Shown one piece after another: positions 16,204 through 31,314 of a stretch of DNA of 64,000 bases. Location: assembly GCA_964016885.1 (NCBI GenBank), contig OZ024759.1, positions 19,034,001 through 19,098,000 on the forward strand, given 5' to 3'. This stretch comes from Eledone cirrhosa. Lineage: Eukaryota. Each line of letters opens with the position of its first letter. Within the stretch, counting starts at the first letter, position 1. The notes under the pieces are model-generated. The model did not search any database and had not been told where the DNA came from. It was given only the letters and a program-made list of their open reading frames with translations. The position numbers were made by a program, and so were the translations under genes.

Positions 16204-16539
16204 CAGTAGCAGTAGTAGTAATTTGCCAGGATATTTATAGTTAGGTTTTGTAAGTCTCTAACATTCCTTTCATCCATTCGAGGTCAATAAAAAAAAAGTA
16301 TTAGTTTAGTACTGGGGTCGATCCTTCCACAATGTCTCTTTCTTACTTCCTCTATCTCATTTTCTATCCTTCTCTGAAAGAAATCTGCTGTACTCAGTCC
16401 TGGAGAAGGATGGGCTCCACCAGGCTTTAAAATACCCTAGAAACGCTGTATCCCACTTCGGCGCCACTACGACTCCATCGGTCGTTACGGGACCATGCAT
16501 GCAATATTCAATTTAATCCTGGCTAACGTAACTACTACT

Positions 16540-17045
16540 TGGCTCATAATAATTGTTTCTTCTTTTGGCACAAGGCCAGCAATTACCCAGTACATTACTG
16601 GTACTTTATTTTATCGACCCCGTAAGGATGAAACGCTATGGCTCATAATAATTGTTTCTACTTTAGGCACAAGGCCAGCAATTACCCAGTGCATTACTGG
16701 TACTTTATTTTATCGACCCCGTAAGGATGAAACGCAATGGCTCATAATAATTGTTTCTACTTTAGGCACAAGGCCAGCAATTACCCAGTACATTACTGGT
16801 ACTTTATTTTATCGACCCCGTAAGGATGAAACGCTATGGCTCATAATAATTGTTTCTACTTTAGGCACAAGGCCAGCAATTATCCAGTACATTACTGGTA
16901 CTTTATTTTATCGACCCCGTAAGGATGAAAGGCAAAGTCAACCTCGGCGGGATTTGAACTCAGACCATAAAGGGACGTAACTATGCTGGAAAGCATGGCG
17001 TCCGACCCTCTACCGAGACTGCCAATCCAAATGGCTCATAATAAT
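16540..17045 (-). mobile_element. SINE with three extra tandem 99-bp copies of its 3' half
   Basis: ggctcataataattgtttc starts at 16541, 16640, 16739 and 16838; flank repeat tggctcataataat again at ~17032. Confidence 0.9.
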
Positions 17046-17084
17046 ACCTAACAGAAACACTAAATTGAATATAGTAAAACCTGC

Positions 17085-17658
17085 ACTGGCAGTATCCGGT
17101 AGAGCGTCAGACACTAGGCTGTGCAGCATAGAGTTATAGCCCTTACCTTCTGAGTTCAAATCTCGCCGAGGTTAACTTTGCCTTTCATCCTTACGGGGTC
17201 GATAAAATAAAGCACCAGTAATGCACTGGGGTAATTGCTCGCCTTATGTCAAGAGTAGAAACAATTATTATGGCGGTGAATGGCAATGTCGGTAGAGCAT
17301 TGGACTACATGCCGTGTGGCATGTAATTACGGCACTTTGCGTTGTGTTCAAATCCCGCCAAGATTAGCTTTACCTTTCATCCTTACGGGGTCGATAAAAC
17401 GAAGTACCAGTAATGCACTGAGTGCGATTTAATCGACATTACTCTCCCAAAGCTGTTGACCTTGTGCCTGGTGGATTGGCAGTATCGGTAGAGGGTCGGA
17501 CGCCATGCTTTGACGCATAGAGTTACGACCCTTGCCATTCTGAGTTCAAATCCGCCGAGGTTAACTTTGCCTTTCATCTTTACGGGGTCGATAAAATAAA
17601 GTACCAGTAATGTACTGGGTAATTGCTGGCCTTGTGCCAAAAGTAGAAACAATTATTA
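17085..17658 (+). mobile_element. Three head-to-tail SINE copies
   Basis: Family sequence at ~17085, ~17272 and ~17470. Confidence 0.85.
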
Positions 17659-18154
17659 TGTGATGGATCTTCGTCAGTTTCGTCGAGGTGTGCTCCAGTG
17701 TTCCAGTTGTTCGAACAACGCAAAAGCCTGCTCGCGAAATTAACGTGCAAAGTGGCTGAGAATTCTACAGACACGCACCCTTAATGTACTTCTCAGGGAG
17801 ATTCAGTTTGGCACATTGTATAACATGAGCTTTTCCTTTGAATTACAGGTACAACACATTTTTGTCGACCGAGGTTCCAACGCGCGTGCGCATGCACTCA
17901 ATCACTCACACTTGGCTGCAGTATAAAATATTTTTTTTTATCGATATGATATTGGTTTATTATAATTTCTGGAAAAAATATATCGATTAAATCGATCCAC
18001 ATAACTAATAGGCTGATATATATATTTATCTAACATTTTGTTCATACGAACAAGATTGATAAACGCCAGACGGTATTGGTTATTTTCAGGTCCGCCACTA
18101 TACATCAATATATTCAACTTTATTTCACTTATGTAAAATAACACCTTGGTGAGG

Positions 18155-18690
18155 GGTTGGCAGAATTAGTGGAGCGCCGGATAAAATCCAATTGCGGGTT
18201 TTGTTCTGGATCATATACATTCTCAGTTCAAATCCCACCGTTGCTAAATTTGCATTTCATTCTTTCGGGGTCGATGAAGTTAAGTACCAGTCACGTAATG
18301 GGGCTGATTTAATCATCTTTGACCTTCACCCAAATTTGGTGGTCAAATCCCACCGTTGCTAAATTTGCATTTCATTCTTTCGGGGTCGATGAAGTTAAGT
18401 ACCAGTCACGTACTGGGGATGATTTAATCATATTTGACCTTCACCCAAATTTGGTGGTCTAAACTGTCTAAATAAGAAATCAATAATGACTGTGGATTGG
18501 CAGAATCGTTAGGGATCGGATAAAATGCTTTGTGGCAATTCCCGGTGAAGACAACTTTATCTTTTTGAATCGATTATCTTTTATGAATCGATAATATAAA
18601 GTACCAATGAAATACGGGGGGGAGGAGGGGCTATGTAATCGACTTTCGCCTCCCCACAAATTGTAGGCCTTGTGCCTAGAATAGAAATCA
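18155..18690 (+). mobile_element. Old SINE copies with an internal ~117-bp tandem duplication
   Basis: tcaaatcccaccgttgctaaatttgc...aaatttggtggtc present twice. Confidence 0.7.
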
Positions 18691-18934
18691 TTGTGGGATC
18701 TCATACCCTTTCTAGTGAATTGAAACCAGCAATATTTTATAAATGGGTTGGAGTCTCAATATCTAAATTAAACGACTAGTTCTGGTTTATAAAAACATCA
18801 ACGGAAATATCCTAGAAAAATTACCGATTTTTCAACTTCCCAACCCTACCCCCACTTATTCCAACCGTCCTCATATTATTTGGGACCCGAGAGTTGTAGA
18901 GATGTACGACATATGGCTAGCAACTCAGTGCATT

Positions 18935-18966
18935 TTTTCCTGGGCAACACCGGTTACCCGACTAGT
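18935..18966 (+). mobile_element. Helitron-like 3' end
   Basis: cctgggcaacaccggttacccga-CTAGT; inverse-oriented relative at 41362-41388. Confidence 0.5.
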
Positions 18967-19549
18967 ATTGAATATCACGTGGTGAAAGTAGTTTGTCAAC
19001 AGTGCGAGAGATATTCAGATATAATCACATGTGGATGAAGAAAGCGAACAGAGAATCATCATTGCTTTAAGTGAATAATGAAGGAAATTACATTTGCAGA
19101 CAACAAACTGATTTTAATAAAACATTTCAGGCGATAACCATCTGATACGATCTCATGCTAGTATCAGATGCTATCTTCACGTTTCTATATTCACTTAATG
19201 GAGTATATTATATTTACCAACACGTTGCAGATGAAGGCGACAGAATATCTAGATATTATATATATATATATACATATATATACATATATAAACATATATA
19301 TATAAACATATATACATATATAGATAGTATATATATACATATATATATAAACATATATACATATATAGATAGTATATATATACATATATATATAAACATA
19401 TATACATATATAGATGGTATATATACACATAATATATATACGTAATATATATATACATATGTATACATACATATATACATATACACACACACATTATGTA
19501 TATTATGTATATATATATAGAGGCGGTGGATGTATATATATATATATAG

Positions 19550-19738
19550 AGGCGGTGGATTGGCAGTATCGGTAGAGGGTCGGCCGCCATGCTTTGACGC
19601 ATAGAGTTACGGGCCTTGCCATTCTGAGTTCAAATCCCGCCGAGGTTAACTTTGCCTTTCATCCTTACGGGGTCGATAAAATAAAGTACCAGTAATGTAC
19701 TGATAAATTTCTGACCTTGTGCCAAAAGTAGAAACAAT

Positions 19739-19741
<3 letters not shown>
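19550..19741 (+). mobile_element. SINE, full length, in TA-rich flank
   Basis: Family sequence. Confidence 0.9.
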
Positions 19742-19798
<57 letters not shown>

Positions 19799-19849
19799 CA
19801 TAATATATATACGTAATATATATATAATATATATATATATAATATATAT

Positions 19850-19883
<34 letters not shown>

Positions 19884-19887
19884 ATAT

Positions 19888-19986
19888 ATATTTATTAAAA
19901 TAACAGATTAAAGTTTCAGAAGATCCCGTTAAGGGGGAAAGCAGCGATTCTTTGCTTAAACTTTAATCTGTTATTTTAATAAATAT
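19888..19986 (+). ncRNA. Hammerhead-like fold, CAGAAGA core variant, with a long stem I
   Basis: aaagttt-CAGAAGA-tccc/gggg-GAAA-gca..tgc-TT-aaacttt; second copy at 33776-33826. Confidence 0.6.
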
Positions 19987-20335
19987 TTGCTCTACGGTTC
20001 TTATATATTTGATATATATTTATCCTTATCGAGCCCTCTTTGGATTTTAGTCTTCAAATTTATTATTATTACTATATAATATATATATATATAATATATA
20101 TATATAATATATATATAATATATATATAATATATATATATATATATTTTATTATTTTCTTTTCTCGTGAATCGTGGTTGTCTCCCTTTCCTGCTTAGTGA
20201 CGCTATGATACTTCCTCAGTCAAAAGACTGCGTGAATTTCAAATTTGGCGGTCATTCGATGCGTGAAGGAGCAGCTTAGCAGACACGATTTTTAACTGCG
20301 GTAAGAATTTTTTCTTATATCAAAGTTTAATGGGC

Positions 20336-20460
20336 TTCCACTGAAGATTTATAAGTGCCCACCTAAATATATTCTTACATGAATATATGTTAGGCTTCTA
20401 CATAAACTGGAAACATTCTCCCAATTTGTAGAAAACTTATAATGAAACAATTGTTTGGAA
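20336..20460 (+). ncRNA. Minimal hammerhead ribozyme with a large stem II insertion
   Basis: TTCCA-CTGAAGA-ttataagt...acttataa-t-GAAA-CAATTG-TT-TGGAA. Confidence 0.72.
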
Positions 20461-20705
20461 AGAGAGATATGGTTTAACTTTAATTATATCTCATAAAATA
20501 ATACAACTGGCTTTCCACAAAATACATATAGTTAGGACCCCAAACACTTAAATTGGGTTTATACTAACATATAACCTAATGTTTGTTTAGTGAGATGGTT
20601 ACTGCAAAATCAAAACAAGCTATTTTTGCGAGCAATGAACCTTGACGTGGACTTAACCCCAAAAACTCTTTCCGGGCAATGTAAGGAACACTTTCGATTA
20701 TTTAT

Positions 20706-20745
20706 GCCCTTGAGAAGCCCAACTGGGCGAAACGTACGTAGGTGC
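20706..20745 (+). ncRNA. Minimal hammerhead ribozyme, U3-A8 covariant core
   Basis: gccc-TTGAGAA-GCCC(aact)GGGC-GAAA-CGTACG-TA-ggtgc. Confidence 0.72.
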
Positions 20746-20964
20746 TGTTTTAAATAAACATGTTTTAACGGTCTATTCTCCGATTTCTTACTTTCCCACG
20801 TGCTTACGCTATGCTAATTCTCTAGCCCACTAAATATTAACACTTCGAATATTTAATACTGCCGGCACTAGTATCGAGCACCTTTGGTATACGCTACTTG
20901 GCAAATAACTATATGTATCACCTATACTCCCCTATTTTTCTCTCTCTCGATACGTAAATACTGT

Positions 20965-21262
20965 ATAATATATATATATATATATATAATATATATATAT
21001 ATATAATAAATATAATATATTTATATATATACATATATATATAATATATATACATATATAATATATATATATAAATATAATATATTTATATATATATATA
21101 CATATATATACACATATATACATACATATAAAATATATATACATATATATATATACATTTATACATACATATATATAAATTTATACATACATATATATAT
21201 AAATTTATACATACATATATATATAAATTTATACATACATATATATATAAATTTATACATAC

Positions 21263-21296
<34 letters not shown>

Positions 21297-21439
21297 ATAA
21301 CGAGAAAGAGATAGATATAAATCTATTTAGTTATGGTATGTATCAATCTATCTTTGTCCCCTCTTATTATATTTAAAGCTAATTGATAAATTTTACATGC
21401 ATATCATATAATTCTAAGCAGAAGCAGCAGCAGCACTAC

Positions 21440-21484
<45 letters not shown>

Positions 21485-21712
21485 GTTTTTACGCAAACAT
21501 AGGTATATGTAAGTGCTTACATATGCGTACAATATTCTATGTGTGTATACACACAGACACACACATGTGTGTGTGTGTGTGATGTGTTTGTAAATATCTA
21601 GGTATGGTTAAATATGTGTATAGTATATTTATTTATTGGTATAAGTATACAGATATACCAATAGAGTGTGAAACACCGTGGAATATTTGAACATAATTCC
21701 ATATTACAGTGG

Positions 21713-21749
<37 letters not shown>

Positions 21750-21787
21750 GTGTGTTGTGTGCGTGAACATTATATACATACATATGT

Positions 21788-21831
<44 letters not shown>

Positions 21832-22094
21832 TAATATATATGTGTAATATATATTTATAATATATATATACATATGTATAATATTTATATAACATATATA
21901 CATATTCATTAAATATATATAATATATATACATGTCTAATATATAATACATATGTATATAATATATATATGTATAATATATATATATATGATATATATAT
22001 ATGGTTAATATATATATATACATAGTATAATATATATATATATACACATACGTATAATATATATAATTATGATATATATATATAATATATATAT

Positions 22095-22135
<41 letters not shown>

Positions 22136-22560
22136 TACATATGTATAATATATATATGTGTATTATATATTATATATAGTATATATATGTATAATATATA
22201 TTATATATATATGTATGATATATATTATATATATATATATAATATATATAATATATACTGTATATTATATATATATAATATATACTGTATATTATATATA
22301 TATATATATATGTATGATGTATATTATATATGTATGTATGATATATATTATATATATATAATATATATATTATATATATATGTGTATGATATATATTATA
22401 TACATAATATATATTTGTCTGTATATAATATTTATAATATATATATATAATATGTATATGTATAGTATATATATATTTGTGTAATATATATATATAATAT
22501 ATATATATATAATATATATATGTATACTATATATAATATAAGTATAACATATATATATAT
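20965..22560. repeat. Degenerate TA-rich microsatellite zone with (TAG)n and (TG)n
   Basis: Directly visible. Confidence 0.85.
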
Positions 22561-23249
22561 AAACAAACATATGTGCGTGTATGTATATATTACATGCGGG
22601 TGGAGTTTGTGCGTGTGTATGTATGCGTACGTGAATGTTTGCTTGTATGTACGGCTGTCTGCGCGCCAGTGAGTGTTTGACTATGAGTCTGCATGCGTCA
22701 CGTGTATAATTTATATTTTTCTAACACGCAACCATTTTGTTGACAAACTTTCTATGTACTTTAATTCGATTTTGTTTAGTTTACTGAGTAATTACTAAGA
22801 GCATCCAATAAATTGATATCAACTTATTGATTCACTCACAACCTCGAAGTCTCACGAGATTCTCGATACACTCTGTGTAGTTGTTTAGAATTAAAGAGAT
22901 ATAGTCCGTGTTTTATACAAATATAGATATATACCGTGTTGAGATAATGTCTCCACTCTTTCATATTCGTCAGGCACGTGTGTACGAACACACACACACT
23001 CAATCACACTCACGTACACATACACACACACACACCAACGACACACACATACACGCGCTTGTAGATCAATCTTTCTATATACACATAAATTTATGTGTGT
23101 GTGTGTGTGTGTGTGCGTGTGTGTGTGTGTGTGTGTATAGATATATATATTATATAAGCGTTAAACTAATATGCTATTATTGTAATGGTTTTCTCTTGTG
23201 CTTTTTTCCATCTTTTTTTTTGCATTGTTTGTGTGTGTGTCTGTGTGAC

Positions 23250-23508
<259 letters not shown>

Positions 23509-23569
23509 AAATATGTTTTGCAGAGATTTGCGTCACCTCTTTTTCGATGCGACTGCGGAATTTACTTTT

Positions 23570-24690
23570 TTTATTATAAAAGCCTCGGTCAAATATTTTG
23601 TGGTATTTGTTCCGGCCCTTTACATTTAAAGTTCAAATCCATCTGTTGTCAACTTTGCCTTTCCCCCTTTCCGTGTCGATAACATAAAGTATCAAGAAAA
23701 ATTTAACCGACTTCCCATCCCCCGCAAAATTATACAAGTTGCCGTTATTTAAGTTAGAAACGATTATTTGAAACTAAAAGAGAATTAGAAGCTTTCACCT
23801 TAAATTGACTCCAGAAAATGGTTTAATGTTAGTGTGTATAAGGGCAGTAGATTGGCAGCATCGGTAGAGCGTCGGACAACATACTTTATGGTATATCTAG
23901 GTTTGCGCCTCTTTACAAACTGAGTTTAAATCCCGCCGAGTTTAGCTTTGGCTTTCATCCTTACGGGCTCCATAAAATAAAGTACCATTATGGGGGTCGA
24001 TTTAATCCACTAACCGCTCCCCAAAAATTGTTGGCCTTGCGCCTAAATCGGAAGCCAATATTAGGGTATATGAACACCCTTCTAATTCGATTTTCAAAAT
24101 GTTCAATCGTCATCGTATTCTAATTCACGTGAGGCTTTAAAAGTTAAACGCTGAAATTGCCACCATTTCATTATAAAAGGTGGTGCAAAAGTCGCGCAAC
24201 AGTAAAATAACACTGCCATATCTTCATATTTGTTATTTTTGTAAATAAATGTGATAACTGTTCATAATCTGATTGATTGGGGTGGTGATGCGTCACTTTT
24301 TATACCACTCTGTATTCAGCCGAGGTCAACATTTCCTTCGTCATTCTGGGGTCGGTAAAATAAATTACCAATAAAGTACTGAGGCTGAAATATTCCATTT
24401 TCCCCTCCACCTAAATTTCTCTGCTTGTGCCTAAATTAGAAATAATAATTATTTTATGGTGAGAGGCGGTGGGTTAGCAGTTTCTGTGGAGCACTGGGGG
24501 AAAATGCACTAAGTTATCTGGCTTCAACTTTCTACATTCTAAATTCACATCCGATCGGAGTCAACTTTCTTTTTATCTTTCCTGGGTCGATAAACAAAAG
24601 TACCAGTTAAATACTCGGGTCGATATAATCGACTTTCCATTTCCCTCAAATTTCTAGCCTTGTATCAATGTTAGAAAGAATTATTATTTT
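23570..24690 (+). mobile_element. Cluster of four older SINE copies
   Basis: Degenerate family cores at ~23630, ~23920, ~24320 and ~24540. Confidence 0.7.
24173..24314. mobile_element. Tc1/mariner-like MITE
   Basis: Imperfect TIRs taaaaggtggtgcaaaagtcgcgca / tgcgtcactttttataccactctgta. Confidence 0.55.
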
Positions 24691-26591
24691 ATCGTGAATG
24701 TCCTTAACAAATAGAAAAAAGACAAAGACATAACATCGTATTTCTCTTTACCTATCATTATAGTGTTTTGATCGCAGTAAGCGTAGAAATAACTAAGACG
24801 GTATATACCTCAACGAGAAGGTAAGTAAAACTGAACCAAACTCATGCTACCCATGAACCCACGCAAATAATAATCATTGTCATCTCTACCCACAAAACCC
24901 ACAAAACTGTACCCTGTCAGCCATAGATTAAATTCAAACGCGTCTTTCGATACCATTATAGGTGAATACATGTTTTAAAACATTAAACTTTCATTGAAAA
25001 TACAGCTATAATACGTTCTATATTAATATATTCTTGTTTATGTAATGTGATATAAAAAGTGAAACTGGAGTCACGCATTTATATAACAAGGTGGCAGTTA
25101 ATGAACAAAATATGGTTACAAAATATTTATAAAACACGAGACACAGCTAGACATAGAGATTTGTATTAACAAACATCAAACAACATCTCCCACCTATCAA
25201 AAATGATAATAATAATGATGATGATGATCATGATGAACATAATGATGATCATGATGATCATGATCATGATGATCATGATGATGATCATGATCATGATGAT
25301 CATGATGATGTGAATAATAATATACAAATAGCACTTTCTTCGTGACTATCAAGTTCATAACATAATAACAACATTTAAGAGAATAGAATTTGTAAATGCC
25401 ACATAAATGACATAATAGAGGTTATAATATTCTCCTACTGTCTTTTAACACAGCATATGAAATGTTTGCATAATTTGATTTGTTCAAAGTATGTAGGAAT
25501 AGTTAATTAGAAAGTTCAACGTTGCAGTGAAATTGCTATGAAAAATGTAAAACGGAATTGGATTGGACTGGCATGGCATGGAATGGAATGGAATACTTTC
25601 ATAAAAGGATGACAACCAGTGATCAATACAACATATCCCAGGGGCAATTAGTACATCGCTGCTATTATTTATTGATGATTGGTTCATTATAACAGAAAAT
25701 AACGCAGCTGGTCATATTGATATTATTTCTAATGATGGAAAACACCACAGTATTTCTGCTCAGTTTGAATGTGTCTCTTCATTCCTGGCGTCTAATTAGT
25801 TAAATTGTCATTCATGTAAAGCCAAATACCCTTAAAAGAAAACCAACACGTATATAAAAAGAGTGACCAGAAAAAAAAAAACAAAGCAACCAGTGAACGA
25901 ACGAACGTGTACAAGTGCACATATTCACAGACATATTGCAAATATATAGCTGGCAACAAGTACTTCATTGTGGAATAGAAGTTCTGTGTACTTCCTGCAG
26001 CGTTATTTCGATTTTTTCGCCAATTCTTATCTTTCCCTGCGGCTATGCATGATTTTATGCTATGAACTAATGCGGAGACATGCCAAAGGAATATTGTTTC
26101 TGTAAAAGTATCTTTCAATTTATATCATGATATTCTGTAAGACTTTCGACGATAATACCAAACATATAAAATACCATTAAAAAAAAGTTGACACCAAGAG
26201 GAAGCTATCATGTAGCTAATTGATTGTAGCTAATACTATGGCTTATATGCGGCCTTTTCTTAAAATATATCAACCCAGACTGTTAGATGATAGTGACCTG
26301 CTGTGCCACGATAAATTGGATCCAGTGAAAGGGTTGGCGTTAGGAGGGACATCCAACCGTAGAAATCATGCCAGAATGGAAACGTGTGAGTGAGATGCGC
26401 TCGGCTGAATTGTTTAGCCACTGATCGTCACAACCCGTCACAACCCGCCAAACACCGGCAAGCGTAGAAAATATAGGGTGGCGGCGGTGGTGGTGTAAAA
26501 CGGTGAAGGTGATGCTGATGGTGACGGTAACGTCCGTGTAATAAACATTTCTATTAGATACAGACGGCCCGAGTCACGCCATGGAACCGGG

Positions 26592-26644
<53 letters not shown>

Positions 26645-26687
26645 ATAGAATACACAGGAATCAAAGCTATGTTCAAAGCATTTATTC

Positions 26688-26732
26688 GCTTACAATTGTT
26701 TCATCCAAACCGAGGCTTGTAGTCTTCGGAGC
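26688..26732 (-). ncRNA. Minimal hammerhead, CCGAAGA (U4C) core
   Basis: Minus: GCT-CCGAAGA-..caagcc/ggtttg..-GAAA-CAATTG-TA-AGC. Confidence 0.6.
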
Positions 26733-27358
26733 ATTTTTCAATGTTTCTACACATACATGACCTCCTATCCAACGCAAGAGACATACAGATACATATGTAT
26801 ATATTGATGTACAGTGGGGTGACATATATTATATTATTTCTGAATGGCAATTTAAGTTCAAAAACAAAATCACATTAAAACAAAATCAAAGCACAATAAA
26901 AATTAAAATACAACATCAATGCAAAATTAAAATACAATCGGCAGTTAACGTAGATAATGCAAGAGGACAGTTTGTTAGTCAGTTGTAGTAGTTATTGTAT
27001 ACATTAGTTACACGTGGGGCATGCACGTGTGTCTTATTTATATATGATTATTGTGCGGCAGGGTGTTACATTTAATACAAGCACTTTAAGCGGGTAATCA
27101 AGAGTATTGACTCCTTCTTCCTCACTTTTCGTTGCATTACCTACTTTGTTTGTTTACTGTCTCGCTCGCTCCCCCTATTTACGTGTCCCAACGACTTTCT
27201 TGAACCGTTGTTTGCACCAACCAGAGGTATATGGTCTTTAAAGCGATGAAATACTAATGAAGGCTGGAAGATCACTGATGAAGGACTAATTTTATACATA
27301 TATATATATATACAATAACAGGAGGCTGGACTGGTGTAAATCCTTGAAAGGTTTATTA

Positions 27359-27414
27359 TGCTATGATCATTTCAATGACCGGGTTCAGTATGAATCCGGT
27401 GACATCGTCAGGTA
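27359..27414 (-). ncRNA. Minimal hammerhead ribozyme
   Basis: Minus: tac-CTGACGA-..accgg..ccggt..-GAAA-TGATCA-TA-gca; homolog at 42582. Confidence 0.7.
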
Positions 27415-27419
27415 ATTCA

Positions 27420-27606
27420 AAATTGGGAGAGGGGGAAATCGATTAAATCGAACCCAGTACGTTACCGGTACTTTATTTTATCGACCCTGTAAGGATGAAA
27501 AACAAAGTTAACCTCGGCGGGATTTGAACTCAGATCATAAAGGGTCGTCACTCCATGCTGCAAAGCATGGCATACGAGCCTCTACCGATACTGCCAATCC
27601 ACAGCC
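27420..27606 (-). mobile_element. SINE, longer-tail subfamily
   Basis: Family sequence. Confidence 0.85.
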
Positions 27607-27689
27607 CTTAGTTTCATACAATTAATAAAACCAGTTTATATATTTCTTTTGCATCCTCTTTTATTATATTTTTATAATTGTCATTTTCT

Positions 27690-27874
27690 TTGTAACTGCA
27701 CCTTTTCTGCTTTAAAACCCATAAAAAATGATTTTTTGGTTGGTTTGGGGCGCTGTAATGGATTATTAATATCTTAATTAATTTTAATGGGGAAAATTGA
27801 TATGCAAAACGAGTAAATCATAAAACGAGCTCGGCCATGGAGCGAATTTAACTCGTACTGAGAGGTATCACTGA
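27690..27874. mobile_element. Tigger/pogo-like DNA transposon end
   Basis: ttaatggggaaaattga..aacgagc..aactcgta..gaggtatcactg resembles Tigger terminal sequence. Confidence 0.45.
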
Positions 27875-28631
27875 ATAACGGTAAAGTCCTTTAGAACAAA
27901 ATGCATGCAGTATACATTGTATATATAGTGACTAATCAATTTCAATGGAATATATTCAACGACTAATATATGCTATTAATATTGTCATCGATTTCTCTTG
28001 CTACTTGTTTTAAAAGTTGTTGAATATTAAGCTAGATTGCTAGAATCAAAATAGAATGCTATTCATTCAATGCCTATAGAAAATCAATTATCGTATGGAA
28101 TGGTACATGAATAAATAATGACACAAAATGTAAACTTTTGAAATTACGAAAAGCAAAAGACAAACAAAGCTATTAAAATATTAAGAATGCATTGAATGTT
28201 CAACATAAGGAAATACGAATTGATGAATATTACAAAACATATATCTTCGAATACTTAATCTATAATTATGTTTGAATAAAGAATATAAAGAAAAATAAAG
28301 AATAGAATATACAGAAAAGCTGACGATAAATTATGAACAAGATGAAGGCATCGTTTTAATATACTTGATAACAAAATATGAATGAAATAAAAATATTTCT
28401 TCAGAAACTGTTAGAAATTGATAATGTTTTAATGCAGGTACAACATATTGTGAAGGTGGGGTTGTGGTAGAATCGGGGGTGTGATAGAATCGTTAGAACA
28501 TCAGATAGAATACTTTGTGGTATTCGTTTCAACTACATGAGCTCTGGGTTCAAATCGCTCCACGGTCAACTTTGCTTTTATCCTTTCGAGGTCGATAAAA
28601 ATGTACCAGTCATATAATGGACGATTCATCG

Positions 28632-28667
<36 letters not shown>

Positions 28668-28832
28668 TATATATATAACGAAGGGAATGTGGTAAGGAAC
28701 CAGGTGGACCATAACGAACCAAAGTACTCAATACTACCTTCCCTCCACAAATTGCCATGATAGAATTATTATGTCTCAACAACAAACTTTTGACCAATCC
28801 TTGTGACAATCACTTTTACCATATATGGAATT

Positions 28833-28928
28833 ACCCCCTGAGAAGCTCGGCTATTCAAATACCAGGATAAAAATTTCCATTTAGTCCAGAATTAGCCGTC
28901 GAAACGGCTTGAGCTCAGCCGTCGGGGT
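28833..28928 (+). ncRNA. Type I hammerhead of PLE-like family A
   Basis: ACCCC-CTGAGAA-cggcta.ttc/gaa.tagccg-GAAA-CGGCT(tgagctc)AGCCG-TC-GGGGT; all three stems pair, core has a C3.A8 mismatch. Confidence 0.72.
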
Positions 28929-28938
28929 CCTACTCGTT

Positions 28939-30527
<1,589 letters not shown>

Positions 30528-31154
30528 GGGTGTGTATGATTGTGTATAGAAGATTATATTAATAAAAGGAATTCCAACTTTGTCTCATTTACTCGTTTTA
30601 TTTACAATCCTTTAAAATTTATAATGGTATTAGAATGAAATAGTATGGTAGAATATTAAATGTTAAGTGTTAATTGAACAAGTACTTTCATGCTTTCGCA
30701 TTCTTCAGGTTCATATTGTGTGGTGACAGTCAAGTTTGCAATTTTCAACTGTATACATACATACACACGCTCTCTCTCTCTCTCTCAAGAAGAATTTGGT
30801 TGTGTTCCAACCTGGATAGGTATGAGTGTTCCGCCAGTTTTAACTGCCTGAGACGCTGCCCCTTCTACTTTATCACGAGTTAAGAACAATATTGTGGGGT
30901 CCAAAGAAGGGACTCAGTTTATCAAATAACAGTCACCTGTTTAAATCATCATCTCACGCTCTCTGTAACCAACATAGCGGCATACAGGTACGGGCCTTTA
31001 CGTTCTGAGTTCAAATCCCATCGAAGTCCTCTTTGCTATTCATCCTTACGATAAAATAAAATACCAGTCAAATATTGAGGGTCATATAATCGACGTCCCC
31101 TCCACACGAACTGCAGGCCTTGTGCCTAGATCATAAATCATTATTTCAACGTTT

Positions 31155-31195
31155 ATATACATATATATATAAATACATGTATAGTATATATATAA

Positions 31196-31258
<63 letters not shown>

Positions 31259-31283
31259 TATATATATACATATATATATATAC

Positions 31284-31314
<31 letters not shown>

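Noticed and set aside
16010-16277. Ser/Gly-rich and His/Tyr-rich ORFs
   Set aside because: (TAG)n/(TGG)n microsatellite translation
16495-16980. 161-aa ORF with 33-aa repeats; CRISPR-like periodicity
   Set aside because: It is the 99-bp SINE tandem; the units are identical throughout with no unique spacers
24700-26250. Longest stretch without obvious repeats; possible exon
   Set aside because: No recognisable protein motif or convincing splice-bounded ORF; a small exon cannot be excluded without RNA data
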